Counted from the stretch's first letter, positions 29,601 through 40,914 are shown. The stretch: 51,648 nt of DNA from a virus (IMGVR_UViG_3300044513_001130:1-51648), one strand, 5' to 3'. The notes: a model not told the origin generated them from the letters alone. Translations and numbers: made by a program.

Positions 29601-32600
29601 AATTGGATAAACATCAGATGGTAGAATATCTGTTACTACACCAACAGAGTTTAATGTTGCACCAATACTAACAGCAACAGGAGATATATCACTCAATGAA
29701 GATTCTGCAGAATAGATTAATTCTTCACCAGTATTAAAGAAGTGATTTTTAATGGTAAAGATACCTGTTACTGGATTTAACTGATTAGACTTGGATGGAT
29801 TGAAAGTCTTTTTAAAAATTGGAGTATTATTATAGTAAAGATCGAAATCTTTACGTTCTACTCGTGTACCATTAACACCACCAAATTCAATATAACTAAA
29901 TGAATCTCTTACTGGACCATATTCGAGATCGTTAGGTATATTGAGCAAATCAAGACTATCATAAATCAATTCACTATATGCCGAAGTTGTTACATCAGAA
30001 GATATTGAAGCGTCTGGGTAGAACACTAAAGATACATTGGACCCAGATATTTCACTACCAAATGTTCCTATTCCACTAGTACTTCCTATAGAAAGTGGTT
30101 GATAAACAGAAACGTATGAGTCTGAACCAGAATATAAAAGTGCTATTTGATATAATGCACTTACCGATGATCCAATACTTAAATTTACAACAGATTTTGA
30201 TGAAACAAAATCAAATTTGGAGAAGGTCAGTACGGTAGAAATACCAGAAGATACTGCATAATTGGATTGATATACTGCTGTTTTTTCTGTTCCATCGGTT
30301 TGTTCTTCGGATTTAAATCTGAATGTAGATAATCCGACAGAAGTTGTTCCAAATCCAATTGTCTTAACACCAATTCTCAACTTATTTGATGTATTGTTAG
30401 TAAAATCTAAAGATATTATACCATCAGACATTGACGCATCAAATTCTCCAATTCTATTGAATGATAAATTAGAATTTGACTGTGAAGAATCTACATAATA
30501 ATCCGAAAGGTATATATCAGATCCATCATGATTTAAGTAAATTTCAGCATAATTTGCTTCCCCAGTTACAGTATCCTTAACATAAGCATTAAAATACAAT
30601 GAATTGTAATCTGATGATGCAAATGAAACTACAGATGATGAAATTCCAGAATTGTAAGTTTTTATACTTGATGATAAGTTTATAAATCCAATATTGGTAG
30701 ATCCAACTCCAACCAAGTCAGTTGAAAACTTACTTGAGATTATTTTTACATCATAATCTTTAGTGTATGGATCTGTTGGATTGAATACGATGTAGTTATT
30801 ACCAAGTATATCAACATCACCATCAATACTTGCTATTGGAGAATCTTGGTTTGTAAGAGATAATTTTTCTAGTAAGAAAATATTTTCACCATCACCTATT
30901 GTTATTAATTCATTTAATTGATATTGAATATTCTCAGTATCTTTTATTTGAATCAAATATCTTGTAAATCCACCAAATTCGTCGGTGTCAGTATCGATAA
31001 TATTTTGATCGGATTCTTCCAATCCAACGTTAGAGAATCTAGATCTTATGTTATCTATTGATAAAACTCTGTTTGAAATGCAATCAACATAACTAGATAA
31101 TTTTTTACTCTTAAATTTTATAAACTTTGTCTTTGTTAATGCATCAATATCATAAACATAATCAAAGTTTTTGATTTCATCAACTCTGTGTTCTCTAATG
31201 AAGTCTAATATTTCAAAACTTCCATCTACTACAGTTTTTATTCCAGAGTTAGTTGTATTTTGTATCTGAGTATCTGCAAAATTCTTCATTCCTGAGGTAT
31301 GAAGAAGTCTATTTACAGGAACAGATAAATCTTCGTATTGGACTGAACTATTGACGGAATAAGAAAGGTTTTGATAATAATCATTATCTGGAATAACTTG
31401 CTGGTCATCATTTAATTTACCAATATCATCCTTCCATCCCAAATCCTTTTTAATTGATGATTCAACTTCAAAACTGCCTCTATTTTTTTCAATGTTTCCA
31501 ATTATAGCAATGACTCCAGATTTTTGACCCTTTATTTTCTCATTACCAACTAATTCATAATCTCCTGAAATTTTTATAGAGTCGTTTGTTGATTTTGTTA
31601 CTTTCAAATCTGTTTGAACATATTGATTATTAACAAGAACCAATAGTCCTTCACCAACGATAAAGTTTGTAAGAGTCTTCTCTACAGTAAACTTTGGATA
31701 ATCATTATAACGGATTATTGATGATAAAGAATTTTGAGTCGTTTTAGCTATTCCTGGATTTGTAGAGAATCCAGATACACTAAACTCTAAAACCGCTGGA
31801 ATTGAATTAGTAAATCCGGAGACAGTGAAGAAATTATATCCATTATCACTTGAATTATATCCAGTTCCAGATCCACCATATTGTGTGATGCCTTCAACAA
31901 AAATTTTATCTCCAACTCTAAATGGATCTTCTGAAAATCCTAATACTGGAGTCTCCAAGTAGCAAGTTGCAATTCCACTATAAGTTTCAATAGTATTGAT
32001 TGGATATCCATTATCATTGTTAATTGATACTATCTCAGTCTGATTTGATGATAATCCATATGGAGTTTCTTTTATGGTAATAGAATTAACTGAACCATTA
32101 ACTATATTTGCAGTTAATAGTCCGCTATCAAACACTTCTCTTGTTATAGAATCGACTAAAATTAAATCTGGTGATTTATTGTATCCAAACCCAACGCTAG
32201 AAATTCCTACGGATGATATCTTATATGATGATTTTAGTGTTATTGATGGTGAAATGTATGCTAATGGTTTTAATGTTTTGTCTGAAGAATATTCAAATCC
32301 TTGGTTTAATATTCTAACTTGATTTATTTTTCCAATTTTTTCAGATTTTGCTATTACATATCCACCAGTGCCTTCCGAAGATATTGTTCCAGCAAAGGAT
32401 GGTAACTTTGTATATGAAGATCCAGAAGAAGTTAATTTTGCTTTACTTATTCCACCAGTAGCATTTAATGAAGTCGTTGAATACTCTAGAGTCTTACACT
32501 CTGATGAAGAGTAACTTAAAACTTCAGGATCAATGCTTAATGAAATATCAAAACTAGTTGTACTTACACCAGAAACATTATACTTTCTATTATAGAAACT

Positions 32601-35600
32601 ATTAGAGAAATTAATTTGTGATGAATTAATTACTGTTGAGTCGGATGTACTAATATATCCAGCTGGATTTTTTACAGCATAGAATAACTTTTGTGGAATG
32701 TCATCTAAGCATTTTAATGTTAAGCTGGCATCAGAAGATACGCCAACAGTACCAACTCCAGAAACTACAAAATCAGTTGAAGATTCGACCGATAAAAATT
32801 CATCTTGGAAATCTTCATCGTAGTATAACTTAAATTGATATCCGTTAAGAGAAGAATCGGATAGGTCAAATTTTAAATTGTTATTCTTAACTGTAATTAG
32901 TTCTGGATTGATTAAACTAATTTCTTGATTTGTTCCTCCTGTTGAAGCTATACTTACAACTTTTGGTGGATTTAAAGTTGAATCAACATATGTTTCGCAA
33001 AGACTAATATTATTATCATCAACTTTATAAACATAGTATGATCCAGTAGATATTCCTTCAGAAACTAAATCTGTTGAATTGTAATATACTTTATCACCTG
33101 TTTTTAATTCGTGTGATGTTAATTCAATTTGATTGCGTGAAGTATTAATTCCAGATGAACTAAATCCTACTGGGTTTACTAAAAGATTTTGTGACTCAGT
33201 ATCAAACTTTACATAAACGGAACTAAATGTTTGTATACCAACAGTTTTTTGTGGTTTTACTGTTAAGTAAATCTCATCTCCATATTTTAATCCATGATCA
33301 GTAGATACCGATATTGTTGTCTTAACTTTTTTAACATCAGCAAACACTTGCCCATAATCACTTTCTAAAGAGTATTCATAACTATTTGCCGTTCCACCAT
33401 CACTAACAAAGAAGATTTCGGATGAAGATACTAATGTCTTTATTCCTACCGTATTCTTAGATTTGTTAGTTACGTAAACTATCTGTGATGTTCCAGACTC
33501 TGGTAAGTTAAATGGAGTACCTGAGAAAGATGTTGATATTGAAAGAGATGAATATGATGAATCTGGTTTTCTTAAGATAACCCTCTCATTATTTTTAAAG
33601 TTATGATTCTTAATATAAAGAGATTGTGTTTGAATAGGTCTTACATAAGTTGCAACACCAACTGTAGTAATTCCTAAAGCGAAAACATTTGTCGATGTTA
33701 TACCAACACTTAAACCAAATCCAATTGCTTCAGATGGTTTGAAAAACTCTTTAATATTTTGTTTTGATTCGAAATAATCAGTTTTTTCCGAAATTATAAA
33801 TGAATCTGGAATAAACTGTACCGAAGTCGTTGAAGTATGTGCCGATCCGGCATCTCTTCTAACTCTAATTATATTTTGATCTTGAAATACGTTTAATAAT
33901 TTAGTAAATTCAGATCCAATCTTTACACTACTTCCTATTGATATATTTGAAGGGATATAATTCACATAAACATCAGTTGCAAGACCAGATACTGAATTTA
34001 CTGGGACATCTTCACTTAAAACAGTACTAAAAGATGTTATTCCTATTTTTTTGAATCTATTAACTTGACTTAATTTCGAAGTTGAGATTCCAGAAAGGAC
34101 AACATAATCACCATTATAGAGATTATGATATGGTGATATATTAAATTTGAGTGTATTTTCGTCTAATCTCTCAATTACAGAATCGCTATAACTCTCAACA
34201 TTCGTATTTAAATTTGTAATATGCTTTCCAGTAATCTCTGAAATAATTCCTTTTGCAGCATTACCTGAAGGTGAAGTTTCAAATAAAACACGATCATTTA
34301 CTTTATAATTTGTACCAACACCAATAATATCTAAACTATCTACTGAAGATGAGAAAACAGATTCAATTTCTACTCTTTGGTCATAATAATCGTAAGATTC
34401 AAATATAAAATCGTTACCAGCGTTAGAATCTTTAATTTTATATGGGAAGGTATTTCTAATTAAATTGGAATTGTTAAAATCATATGATTGATCTAATAAA
34501 TTATTTTCCTCAATAAATTTGGATCTATAACTATTCCCTATAAAATATGGGAAAGAAGTTATTCCAATATTGCTACTATCTAATGTTGCAAAATATGCAT
34601 ATACTCCATTTGGAAATTCTGGTGTTTTGCAAAATCTTCCATTGTGTTCATCCAAGTCTCCAGACCCAGTAAATCTATAATCATCTGAGAAAAATCCAGG
34701 ATCAAATCCAGATGGTCTGTTGTCTAAATTTGCAAAATCTAATGTATATCCAGTAGAGAGTAGTTTGGTCTCAGAATCTTCATCTTCTGGATCAGAATAA
34801 CCATATGGACCATATATTGGATTACCATCATAAGCCCATCCAATTATGGGAGAGTGTTTTGATGAATCATCATCATTGAAATGATCCTGTAATTTTAAAT
34901 TATACCCAGATACAGAATACTGAATCTGATTTGATCCAAAATCAACAATTTCATCTCCGAATCTATTATTCTTATTTAAAGACAAGTATCTGATGTTTGG
35001 ATTTAATAAAACATTCTTTCCAGTAGATTTAACGAATATTGAGGTAGTTTCTTGAGTATATCCTATTCCTGGATTTACAACTACAACGTCTGTTATTTTT
35101 CCATTTTCAATTACGGGTCTCAATGATGCTCCATTTCCATCACCATTTACTATTAAATCTGGAATAGAATAATATTCAGATCCACCAAACTGTACTATAG
35201 CTCTTGTTAATGATCCATTTAATACTACTGGTTTAATTTCTGCATTTTTTCCACTCTTTACAGAAATTTTTGGTTTTCTATGGAAATTAAGGATTGTTGA
35301 TCCATAATCAGATCCACCTTCGTAGAGATACGTATCTACAATTTCACCCCTAATAATCGGAGTCGCTGTTAATACTCCAACTACTTTGGCAGTAGTACCA
35401 ACTCCAACAGTGGAGTAATTTATTGAAAATTGAATATCTGGATATTTAAAATACTGATAACCAGATCCACTAGTATTAAATTCTACAAATTTCTTTCTAT
35501 CATAATTTGAAAGTGTAGATCCAGTCTCTGTTTTATCTTCACAAAGTCTAAATTGACTGTCATCTATTTTTAAAACGCGATAATCAGAAGATGTTGATAA

Positions 35601-38564
35601 CCCAGAAATTGGCGATCCAGATGATTCGTATTCATATTTTATTAAATCACCATCCTTGAATCCATGATTTTTAAAGGTTATTGTATTGTAGATGGTAGAT
35701 ATTCCAGCCTGCTTTACAATTAATTTCCTATTTTCATATTCTTCACCAGAATCCAATACTACAATATCTTTTAGAACTACTCTTGGATCTGCTGTTCTAA
35801 ACTTTTGTATTCCTTCATTACCATATTGTGTAAATCCAACTGTATTAATACCAACTTCAAAATCTCTTGCGTTTTCATACAACCTTATAGTTGTATCATT
35901 AAGTACTTCACAGTAATAAGCAGATTTATCAACAAGAGTTAGTCCGGTATGTGCATTTGAACTATCAAAAGTACCAACTCCAATTGCGGGACTTCCATTT
36001 CTATCATAAGTGATTAAATCACCATTATTCAAAAAGTGCTTATCTAAAAATGTAATAGTATCATAATCAATGTTAACTCCTCCGTTATCATCTGATAATT
36101 TTGCACTAAATTCTATATCTCTAAATTTTCTTTCATTTAAAACTGGATAAAAAGAAGCTCCCTTTCCATTTCCACCTGTTAAGGCTATAGAAACAATGCT
36201 ATTAAGACTTATAACTTGCGGATCAACAACAATTTTTTCTACCTTACCTCTTACAACTGGTTGTAACTTAGCACCACTTCCAGAATTATCAACAAAATCA
36301 AGTTGAGGTGGATTTACCACATCATATCCAGAACCACCATTTAAGATATCTACACTTTCTATCGGTCCATAATAAATTCTATCATTTGATTTGTGATTTG
36401 TTATTTCGACGCCATTGATAAGAATACCAACTGAACCAGGAAGAGTATCATCAGACTTACCATCTGCAATATTTACTGATAGTGGGAATTTTCTTAATAT
36501 ATTTTGTGGGGAAATAACACCATTTTTCTGAGAACTTAGTATAAAATTGTGTGATCCAGATCCTGGAGTGAGGGATTCAAATTCAATATAATTAATACTT
36601 CCAATAAAAGATTTGGACGTATAAAGTTTTATTTGATTTAAATTAGAAAGAACTTCAACATAGTAAATACCTTCTTCAAGACCAGGTATTACTGAATTTT
36701 CTGCAGAATAATAAACTTCATCTCCAGTTATGAAGGGAACATTGTTTGGAAATGATATAACTGAATATTTTTCTGTTAATACATTGAAAGACTGCAATCT
36801 TGGTTCTGTTGCCTCTGAAATAGATGCATCAAATAGCCTTTCCGTAATAGTATATGATGGCAACGAATTTGATGTTACATAAATGTAATCATCAGTTTCA
36901 TTGTAAATATTTTGAACATCAGAAGTAACTGAACTATTACCAAACTCAATTGGAACTATAGAACTATTTGCCTTATTTAATTTTCTTCTTATATCATACT
37001 TTAGATTTGAATTGTATACAAACCCAACCAAATTTCCCAATGTGGCTTGGTTTGTTTGTGGGTTGATTGATTGTATGAAAGGAATATCTGCAGTAGATGA
37101 GACAACAGTTTCACTATCTCTTATTAAAATATCTACTTTATCTCCAATTTTTAAACTAGATCTATCAATTTTACTACCTAAAGTAAATGTAGATCCGTTA
37201 ATTGAATTTACTTGATGTCTAGATGATGTATTGTAAATCCAACTGTTTGCTATTTTTTCTTTATACGACTTGTTTTCAACAGGATTTTTTATAAGTTCTC
37301 CTACATTTTGCACATAAATGTAATCACCTTCTTCCACTGTAAATTGTGTGGAACTAGGGACAAAAGATGCTATGACTCCAGTTAATCTAAGTCTAACTTC
37401 TTTAGTAAGATCACCATTTTCATATCCATAAACATATAATTTTGATCTAACCGAATTTGTTGGTAAGATATCTTCTGTTATTCCAGAACAACCATAAAAC
37501 TGATTAACTGATTTGCTAGTATATGATACTTCTAATCCATTTACTACTACAGTTCCACTATTTGCAAATCCTATTGTAGAATCTACCGTTAAAGTGGATG
37601 ATCCAGATATTGCTTTTTCAACTACTATTGTTTTTCCTGGGATTGAGAATGATGCTGGGTTTTCAACAGAATCGTCATAACCAATGAATAATGATAATTG
37701 ATAATATGTTATCCCCTTTCTTGTTAGTAAATCTACTCCCGATACGGAAGCAAATACATCACTATTATCAGACTGTTTTATAGTTTGTCCAACTAGTTTG
37801 GTTGGATTACCAGAAATAGATTCAGCAACTACTACTTCTCTTCTCAAATATTCTGATGATGATGGCTTAATTAAATAATTTTCTAGATTTACAACCTTTG
37901 GTGTTACTCCATATAAAATATTAAACAGAATTTTGAAGGATTCTTCCGTTCCTTTGGACTTATATAAAGATTTTGCTTCTTTAATAAAGTTACCAACGTT
38001 TAAATTGCTAACAAAATTTAAGTCTTCTAAACCAGGAGTTAAAGAGAATTTTAATTTTTTATAGAACTCTCTCAAGAATAAAGAACTTAGATTTTCTACT
38101 TTTTTTCCAGATTCATGAGAACTAGAAGTAGAAGTTTCAAAAACCAATTCTCCTGGATTATCAGAGCTATGATATGATGTTATACCACTAAATCCTCTAA
38201 CACATCCAGTAAATGATGTTGGAGTAATATCGGTGTAAGTAATTATTTCACTATCAATCTTAATCAGACCATACTTTTGGGGAAATCCCTTTGTACTAGA
38301 AACTTCAATAGTAGAATCAGACACTCCGACAGAACTAGAGAGTGTTGAAGAATCTACGATTACTTCTGGGGTTAGATTGTCTAATTTTAAATACTGATCC
38401 AAATTCTCAGAAATATCGGAAGTTCCACCCTGATATTCTTGAGAAATATAATATTGTTTTAAAAATTCTGACGCCTTTGGGCTTTCTTCTAAAATAAATT
38501 CTGGAAGTTGATTTTCAATTATTTGCTGAACTTTTACTCTTGTTTCAAATCCTGTCTTGATCAT
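26613..38564 (-). CDS. gp7: Baseplate wedge initiator (3983 aa)
   Basis: Lies between gp6 and gp8; LYKSKGTEESFKILF and YYQNLSYS...LLHTSGMKNF motifs; internal YHYH-like domain. Confidence 0.88.
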   Translation of the reverse strand: MIKTGFETRVKVQQIIENQLPEFILEESPKASEFLKQYYISQEYQGGTSDISENLDQYLKLDNLTPEVIVDSSTLSSSVGVSDSTIEVSSTKGFPQKYGLIKIDSEIITYTDITPTSFTGCVRGFSGITSYHSSDNPGELVFETSTSSSHESGKKVENLSSLFLREFYKKLKFSLTPGLEDLNFVSNLNVGNFIKEAKSLYKSKGTEESFKILFNILYGVTPKVVNLENYLIKPSSSEYLRREVVVAESISGNPTKLVGQTIKQSDNSDVFASVSGVDLLTRKGITYYQLSLFIGYDDSVENPASFSIPGKTIVVEKAISGSSTLTVDSTIGFANSGTVVVNGLEVSYTSKSVNQFYGCSGITEDILPTNSVRSKLYVYGYENGDLTKEVRLRLTGVIASFVPSSTQFTVEEGDYIYVQNVGELIKNPVENKSYKEKIANSWIYNTSSRHQVNSINGSTFTLGSKIDRSSLKIGDKVDILIRDSETVVSSTADIPFIQSINPQTNQATLGNLVGFVYNSNLKYDIRRKLNKANSSIVPIEFGNSSVTSDVQNIYNETDDYIYVTSNSLPSYTITERLFDASISEATEPRLQSFNVLTEKYSVISFPNNVPFITGDEVYYSAENSVIPGLEEGIYYVEVLSNLNQIKLYTSKSFIGSINYIEFESLTPGSGSHNFILSSQKNGVISPQNILRKFPLSVNIADGKSDDTLPGSVGILINGVEITNHKSNDRIYYGPIESVDILNGGSGYDVVNPPQLDFVDNSGSGAKLQPVVRGKVEKIVVDPQVISLNSIVSIALTGGNGKGASFYPVLNERKFRDIEFSAKLSDDNGGVNIDYDTITFLDKHFLNNGDLITYDRNGSPAIGVGTFDSSNAHTGLTLVDKSAYYCEVLNDTTIRLYENARDFEVGINTVGFTQYGNEGIQKFRTADPRVVLKDIVVLDSGEEYENRKLIVKQAGISTIYNTITFKNHGFKDGDLIKYEYESSGSPISGLSTSSDYRVLKIDDSQFRLCEDKTETGSTLSNYDRKKFVEFNTSGSGYQYFKYPDIQFSINYSTVGVGTTAKVVGVLTATPIIRGEIVDTYLYEGGSDYGSTILNFHRKPKISVKSGKNAEIKPVVLNGSLTRAIVQFGGSEYYSIPDLIVNGDGNGASLRPVIENGKITDVVVVNPGIGYTQETTSIFVKSTGKNVLLNPNIRYLSLNKNNRFGDEIVDFGSNQIQYSVSGYNLKLQDHFNDDDSSKHSPIIGWAYDGNPIYGPYGYSDPEDEDSETKLLSTGYTLDFANLDNRPSGFDPGFFSDDYRFTGSGDLDEHNGRFCKTPEFPNGVYAYFATLDSSNIGITSFPYFIGNSYRSKFIEENNLLDQSYDFNNSNLIRNTFPYKIKDSNAGNDFIFESYDYYDQRVEIESVFSSSVDSLDIIGVGTNYKVNDRVLFETSPSGNAAKGIISEITGKHITNLNTNVESYSDSVIERLDENTLKFNISPYHNLYNGDYVVLSGISTSKLSQVNRFKKIGITSFSTVLSEDVPVNSVSGLATDVYVNYIPSNISIGSSVKIGSEFTKLLNVFQDQNIIRVRRDAGSAHTSTTSVQFIPDSFIISEKTDYFESKQNIKEFFKPSEAIGFGLSVGITSTNVFALGITTVGVATYVRPIQTQSLYIKNHNFKNNERVILRKPDSSYSSLSISTSFSGTPFNLPESGTSQIVYVTNKSKNTVGIKTLVSSSEIFFVSDGGTANSYEYSLESDYGQVFADVKKVKTTISVSTDHGLKYGDEIYLTVKPQKTVGIQTFSSVYVKFDTESQNLLVNPVGFSSSGINTSRNQIELTSHELKTGDKVYYNSTDLVSEGISTGSYYVYKVDDNNISLCETYVDSTLNPPKVVSIASTGGTNQEISLINPELITVKNNNLKFDLSDSSLNGYQFKLYYDEDFQDEFLSVESSTDFVVSGVGTVGVSSDASLTLKCLDDIPQKLFYAVKNPAGYISTSDSTVINSSQINFSNSFYNRKYNVSGVSTTSFDISLSIDPEVLSYSSSECKTLEYSTTSLNATGGISKAKLTSSGSSYTKLPSFAGTISSEGTGGYVIAKSEKIGKINQVRILNQGFEYSSDKTLKPLAYISPSITLKSSYKISSVGISSVGFGYNKSPDLILVDSITREVFDSGLLTANIVNGSVNSITIKETPYGLSSNQTEIVSINNDNGYPINTIETYSGIATCYLETPVLGFSEDPFRVGDKIFVEGITQYGGSGTGYNSSDNGYNFFTVSGFTNSIPAVLEFSVSGFSTNPGIAKTTQNSLSSIIRYNDYPKFTVEKTLTNFIVGEGLLVLVNNQYVQTDLKVTKSTNDSIKISGDYELVGNEKIKGQKSGVIAIIGNIEKNRGSFEVESSIKKDLGWKDDIGKLNDDQQVIPDNDYYQNLSYSVNSSVQYEDLSVPVNRLLHTSGMKNFADTQIQNTTNSGIKTVVDGSFEILDFIREHRVDEIKNFDYVYDIDALTKTKFIKFKSKKLSSYVDCISNRVLSIDNIRSRFSNVGLEESDQNIIDTDTDEFGGFTRYLIQIKDTENIQYQLNELITIGDGENIFLLEKLSLTNQDSPIASIDGDVDILGNNYIVFNPTDPYTKDYDVKIISSKFSTDLVGVGSTNIGFINLSSSIKTYNSGISSSVVSFASSDYNSLYFNAYVKDTVTGEANYAEIYLNHDGSDIYLSDYYVDSSQSNSNLSFNRIGEFDASMSDGIISLDFTNNTSNKLRIGVKTIGFGTTSVGLSTFRFKSEEQTDGTEKTAVYQSNYAVSSGISTVLTFSKFDFVSSKSVVNLSIGSSVSALYQIALLYSGSDSYVSVYQPLSIGSTSGIGTFGSEISGSNVSLVFYPDASISSDVTTSAYSELIYDSLDLLNIPNDLEYGPVRDSFSYIEFGGVNGTRVERKDFDLYYNNTPIFKKTFNPSKSNQLNPVTGIFTIKNHFFNTGEELIYSAESSLSDISPVAVSIGATLNSVGVVTDILPSDVYPIKLTEDTFRLSTRKDYAQAGIYVTFTSLGSGNIHGLEMTKKLEKSLITIDDLVQYPITYSLLNYSLIGNYGGSVGVGTTIFALSGISSIKTNDLLKVEDEFMRIISVGYGKTSIGPISGIGQTNLVQVERGFVGTSATSHADLTEVKIYRGSYNLKGNKIHFTEAPKGDFRSSNDSSNLSYFKSKFGGRVYLRQDYSSNQLYDDISERFTGIGQTYVLTRDGINTVGLGTTGGNGILFINNLFQTPSTQNNTGNNFKIIEDVNVGVSSVVFSGTSADESEVDYISDYDININQLPRGGIIVSLGSTGGLGYAPLVGASVTAVIDGSGTITSVGIGTTDIVGSGYYGVVSIGVTDPNHSGTSANITATVGAGGSLSFNVVDGGSGYSNPIIKVPSPSYSNLPVQGVSRLGIGSTTETGSGLLVNIDVSSASTTGIGSTLFEVSSFSIKRNGYGYNIGDVITPVGLVTSKDLPSPISQFELTVIDTYTDTFGLWQFGELDYIDSIKPLQDGSRKRFPLYYNSSLLSFETTDQNTESIEIDLSAVLLIFINGVVQEPNVSYTFEGGSSFTFSNPPKPDDKVAIFFYRGTRGQDSRLVTINETIKSGDIVQIFRNESIPSTVQQEKRTVHSITSSDKLETNLYNDIGIDEENERPISWIKQKSDKVINNEKIYKTRDSLESLVYPTAKVIYDFTSSDTVLYVDDAQLFNYEENESDIIISSVNAIIVNGNDPVSAAITANVSSSGSIDFFTIFDGGSGYIGTSIDLKLSAPQQIGVGIGTTATATASITSGIITSITITNPGLGYSVLTPPQVLAPVPSSNFENITGIVNVDGFSGIVTGISTVSGVGVDLAIKFDLSVIAPTSFTGTGLTDGYPIYIFDTTVGSGVTSIDNSDSEVVGIGTTFFDNIYKIHSYTSIGSTVASVVCNVSDSSSLSGIDTFGYDQLGKFSWGRLSGFSRSSSPISIGVTGNTVNTGLTTFATIQRRGYGLRNTGALRKDLG

Positions 38565-38565
38565 A

Positions 38566-40479
38566 TTACAACCTCTTTAGCTCCCCATTTGAATAGCTTG
38601 ATGTATAGTAATTATTAACGAATTCAACTCCAGATATATTATCTCCGGAAGATATAACGTCTCTCACCATATTTATCGAACTTTTTGCAATATCAAAAGA
38701 AAGATATAAATCTTTCAATCCCACAACATCATTAGATTCTGGGTATGCTTGAATCTCTATAACAGAGTCACTTAAAGATGTTGAGACAATATTGATTGTA
38801 TTTAAAATTATTTCTCCCTTAGAGTAATCAACTGTTCCGGCAGATCTAACGATCGTTCTATATGTTCCATCATCAAGTGGTTTAACGACAGATATAATTC
38901 CCATATTACTACCATCTAGTTTTCCAGATGAAGTCTTATTTGGATTATCTGTTAAGTATACTGTTTCTGACTCTGAGGCAATTTTAAATCCAGTTGATTT
39001 CACATTCATTCCTTCTGGTTTAATGTGAAATCTATTACCAAAACAAATCTCATATTGTGCGAATTGATTTGTTAATGCTTTTAAATCTCTCCTAATTCTA
39101 ACCTTTGTAATATTGGATGTAACTGCGGCATCAGTATTATCAATTACCTGAAGTATTTTGCTGTATTTAAATCTCCCACCAAATTTATTAACATCAATAG
39201 ACTGGGAATATTTTGTTAGAGAAGTTTCTACTTTAGTCTTTAATGATTCTACTCCAGATACCTGAGATGCATTATAATAAATCGAAGAGTCAATCTCAAC
39301 ATATAGTATTTTAAGATCAATAATCTTAGGATTAATACCAGATATAGTGTATTGTTTTAATTTAGAAAGAATCTGAGATTTATCAAAATCTGAGACAAAT
39401 GATCCATTCTTTGGTTTAATACTTACTGTTACCGTACCATATTCTGGTGGATCCATATCTTCACCACCAATAACAGCCACGGATTCTGTGCTTGGATATA
39501 TTCTCTTGATTATTGATTCATAATCCCTAGCAGTTACTGCTCTATATTGGGATTCATATGATCGTGGAGCAAAATATTTGATGGAATTGATGGATTCAAT
39601 ATCCGCACCATTTTGAGACTTTTGGTTAGTTACAATACTAATGGTGGAAGTTGGTACAATAATTTCATCTGAGGAACCTCTCAAACTTCCCGCAAAATTA
39701 AAGATCGAAGCACCATTCCCATCTACACCATCAGTTACGATATAATTAACAGTTATCACACTACCATTTTCCAACTTCTTACCAAAATATCCATCACCAA
39801 ACAAGAGTTCATACTTCTCATCCTGAACTTCTTGAATTAGATAGATTTCTGAAGTTGAATTAATGTCTAAAATATTATCTACAAGAGAATATTCTCTACC
39901 CAAACCAGAGTCTGCAGATCCTTTTACATAAACGACAATGGTTGAAGTATCAATATAAGAATTATCTAAGACAAACTTTTGATCTAGAGACCCATCAACT
40001 ACAAATTGCTTTGTTAAATACGTTCCCTGATAAACATCAACAGCACTAAAACTAGCAGATCCATTGGATATGGTTGTTGAGATGCTTTCAGAAATTGAGA
40101 AGGTATATGTTTCTCCATTTACGTCACCAATGCACACCAGACCAGGTTGTAAGGTGATTGTTTCAGATGAGCTTGATGTTTGTACATCGAAAGAAACACG
40201 CGCCTTAGAGGCGGTTCTGGAGCGAGGTACGTAACCAATATTTCTTGCTAACGAAACGACATTCTCCCTAAGTGTTGCAGAATCCAAGAAGGATTCATTC
40301 ACAATCATATTAGAGTTGAATGCATTGATGTATGTATTATACGCTAACGTATCGATCAAGACAGAAAAATTAGATCCATCAAAGTCAAAATCCGTGAATG
40401 TTGAATTAGCACGGAGATAGTCCTTGATGGATGTCTTTATCTGGTCAAAGTCTAGATTTGTAAATTTTGTAAAAGGCAT
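38566..40479 (-). CDS. gp6: Baseplate wedge subunit
   Basis: LDFDQIK, ESFLDSATLRENVVSLAR and QYRAVTARDY motifs. Confidence 0.96.
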   Translation of the reverse strand: MPFTKFTNLDFDQIKTSIKDYLRANSTFTDFDFDGSNFSVLIDTLAYNTYINAFNSNMIVNESFLDSATLRENVVSLARNIGYVPRSRTASKARVSFDVQTSSSSETITLQPGLVCIGDVNGETYTFSISESISTTISNGSASFSAVDVYQGTYLTKQFVVDGSLDQKFVLDNSYIDTSTIVVYVKGSADSGLGREYSLVDNILDINSTSEIYLIQEVQDEKYELLFGDGYFGKKLENGSVITVNYIVTDGVDGNGASIFNFAGSLRGSSDEIIVPTSTISIVTNQKSQNGADIESINSIKYFAPRSYESQYRAVTARDYESIIKRIYPSTESVAVIGGEDMDPPEYGTVTVSIKPKNGSFVSDFDKSQILSKLKQYTISGINPKIIDLKILYVEIDSSIYYNASQVSGVESLKTKVETSLTKYSQSIDVNKFGGRFKYSKILQVIDNTDAAVTSNITKVRIRRDLKALTNQFAQYEICFGNRFHIKPEGMNVKSTGFKIASESETVYLTDNPNKTSSGKLDGSNMGIISVVKPLDDGTYRTIVRSAGTVDYSKGEIILNTINIVSTSLSDSVIEIQAYPESNDVVGLKDLYLSFDIAKSSINMVRDVISSGDNISGVEFVNNYYTSSYSNGELKRL

Positions 40480-40480
40480 T

Positions 40481-40882
40481 TTACCTGGTTGCCTCTAATA
40501 AAAACGTAAATTGTTGAGTTGGAAATTCTTGTCCTACAATATCAAAAGAAACTTCAACTTCAAATTCGTTTGTGTCGGGTAGTGGTAGAACAGAAACTAC
40601 CACATTATTGACTCTCGGTTCAAAATTTTTAATAGATTCTATAATTTGAGACTCAATTATAGACGCTGTACCATAATCAACAAAATCAAATAGACTAGAC
40701 CTAACATCAGACCCAAATAATGGGTTAAAAAACCTTTCTGTAGGTATAGTTTGCACAATATTGCGAATTGACTTCACAATAGCACGCTCATTTTTCAATA
40801 TTTGCAAATCCTTTGTCACTGGATGTGGGTCAAAGGATAAGCTAATATCTTTAAATGATCTAGATATCCTTTGTACAGCCAT
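40481..40882 (-). CDS. gp25: Baseplate wedge subunit
   Basis: ERFFNPLFGS and IKNFEPRV motifs. Confidence 0.95.
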   Translation of the reverse strand: MAVQRISRSFKDISLSFDPHPVTKDLQILKNERAIVKSIRNIVQTIPTERFFNPLFGSDVRSSLFDFVDYGTASIIESQIIESIKNFEPRVNNVVVSVLPLPDTNEFEVEVSFDIVGQEFPTQQFTFLLEATR

Positions 40883-40914
40883 CTAAACCCGAAAAACGAA
40901 AAATTTCCTACGTT

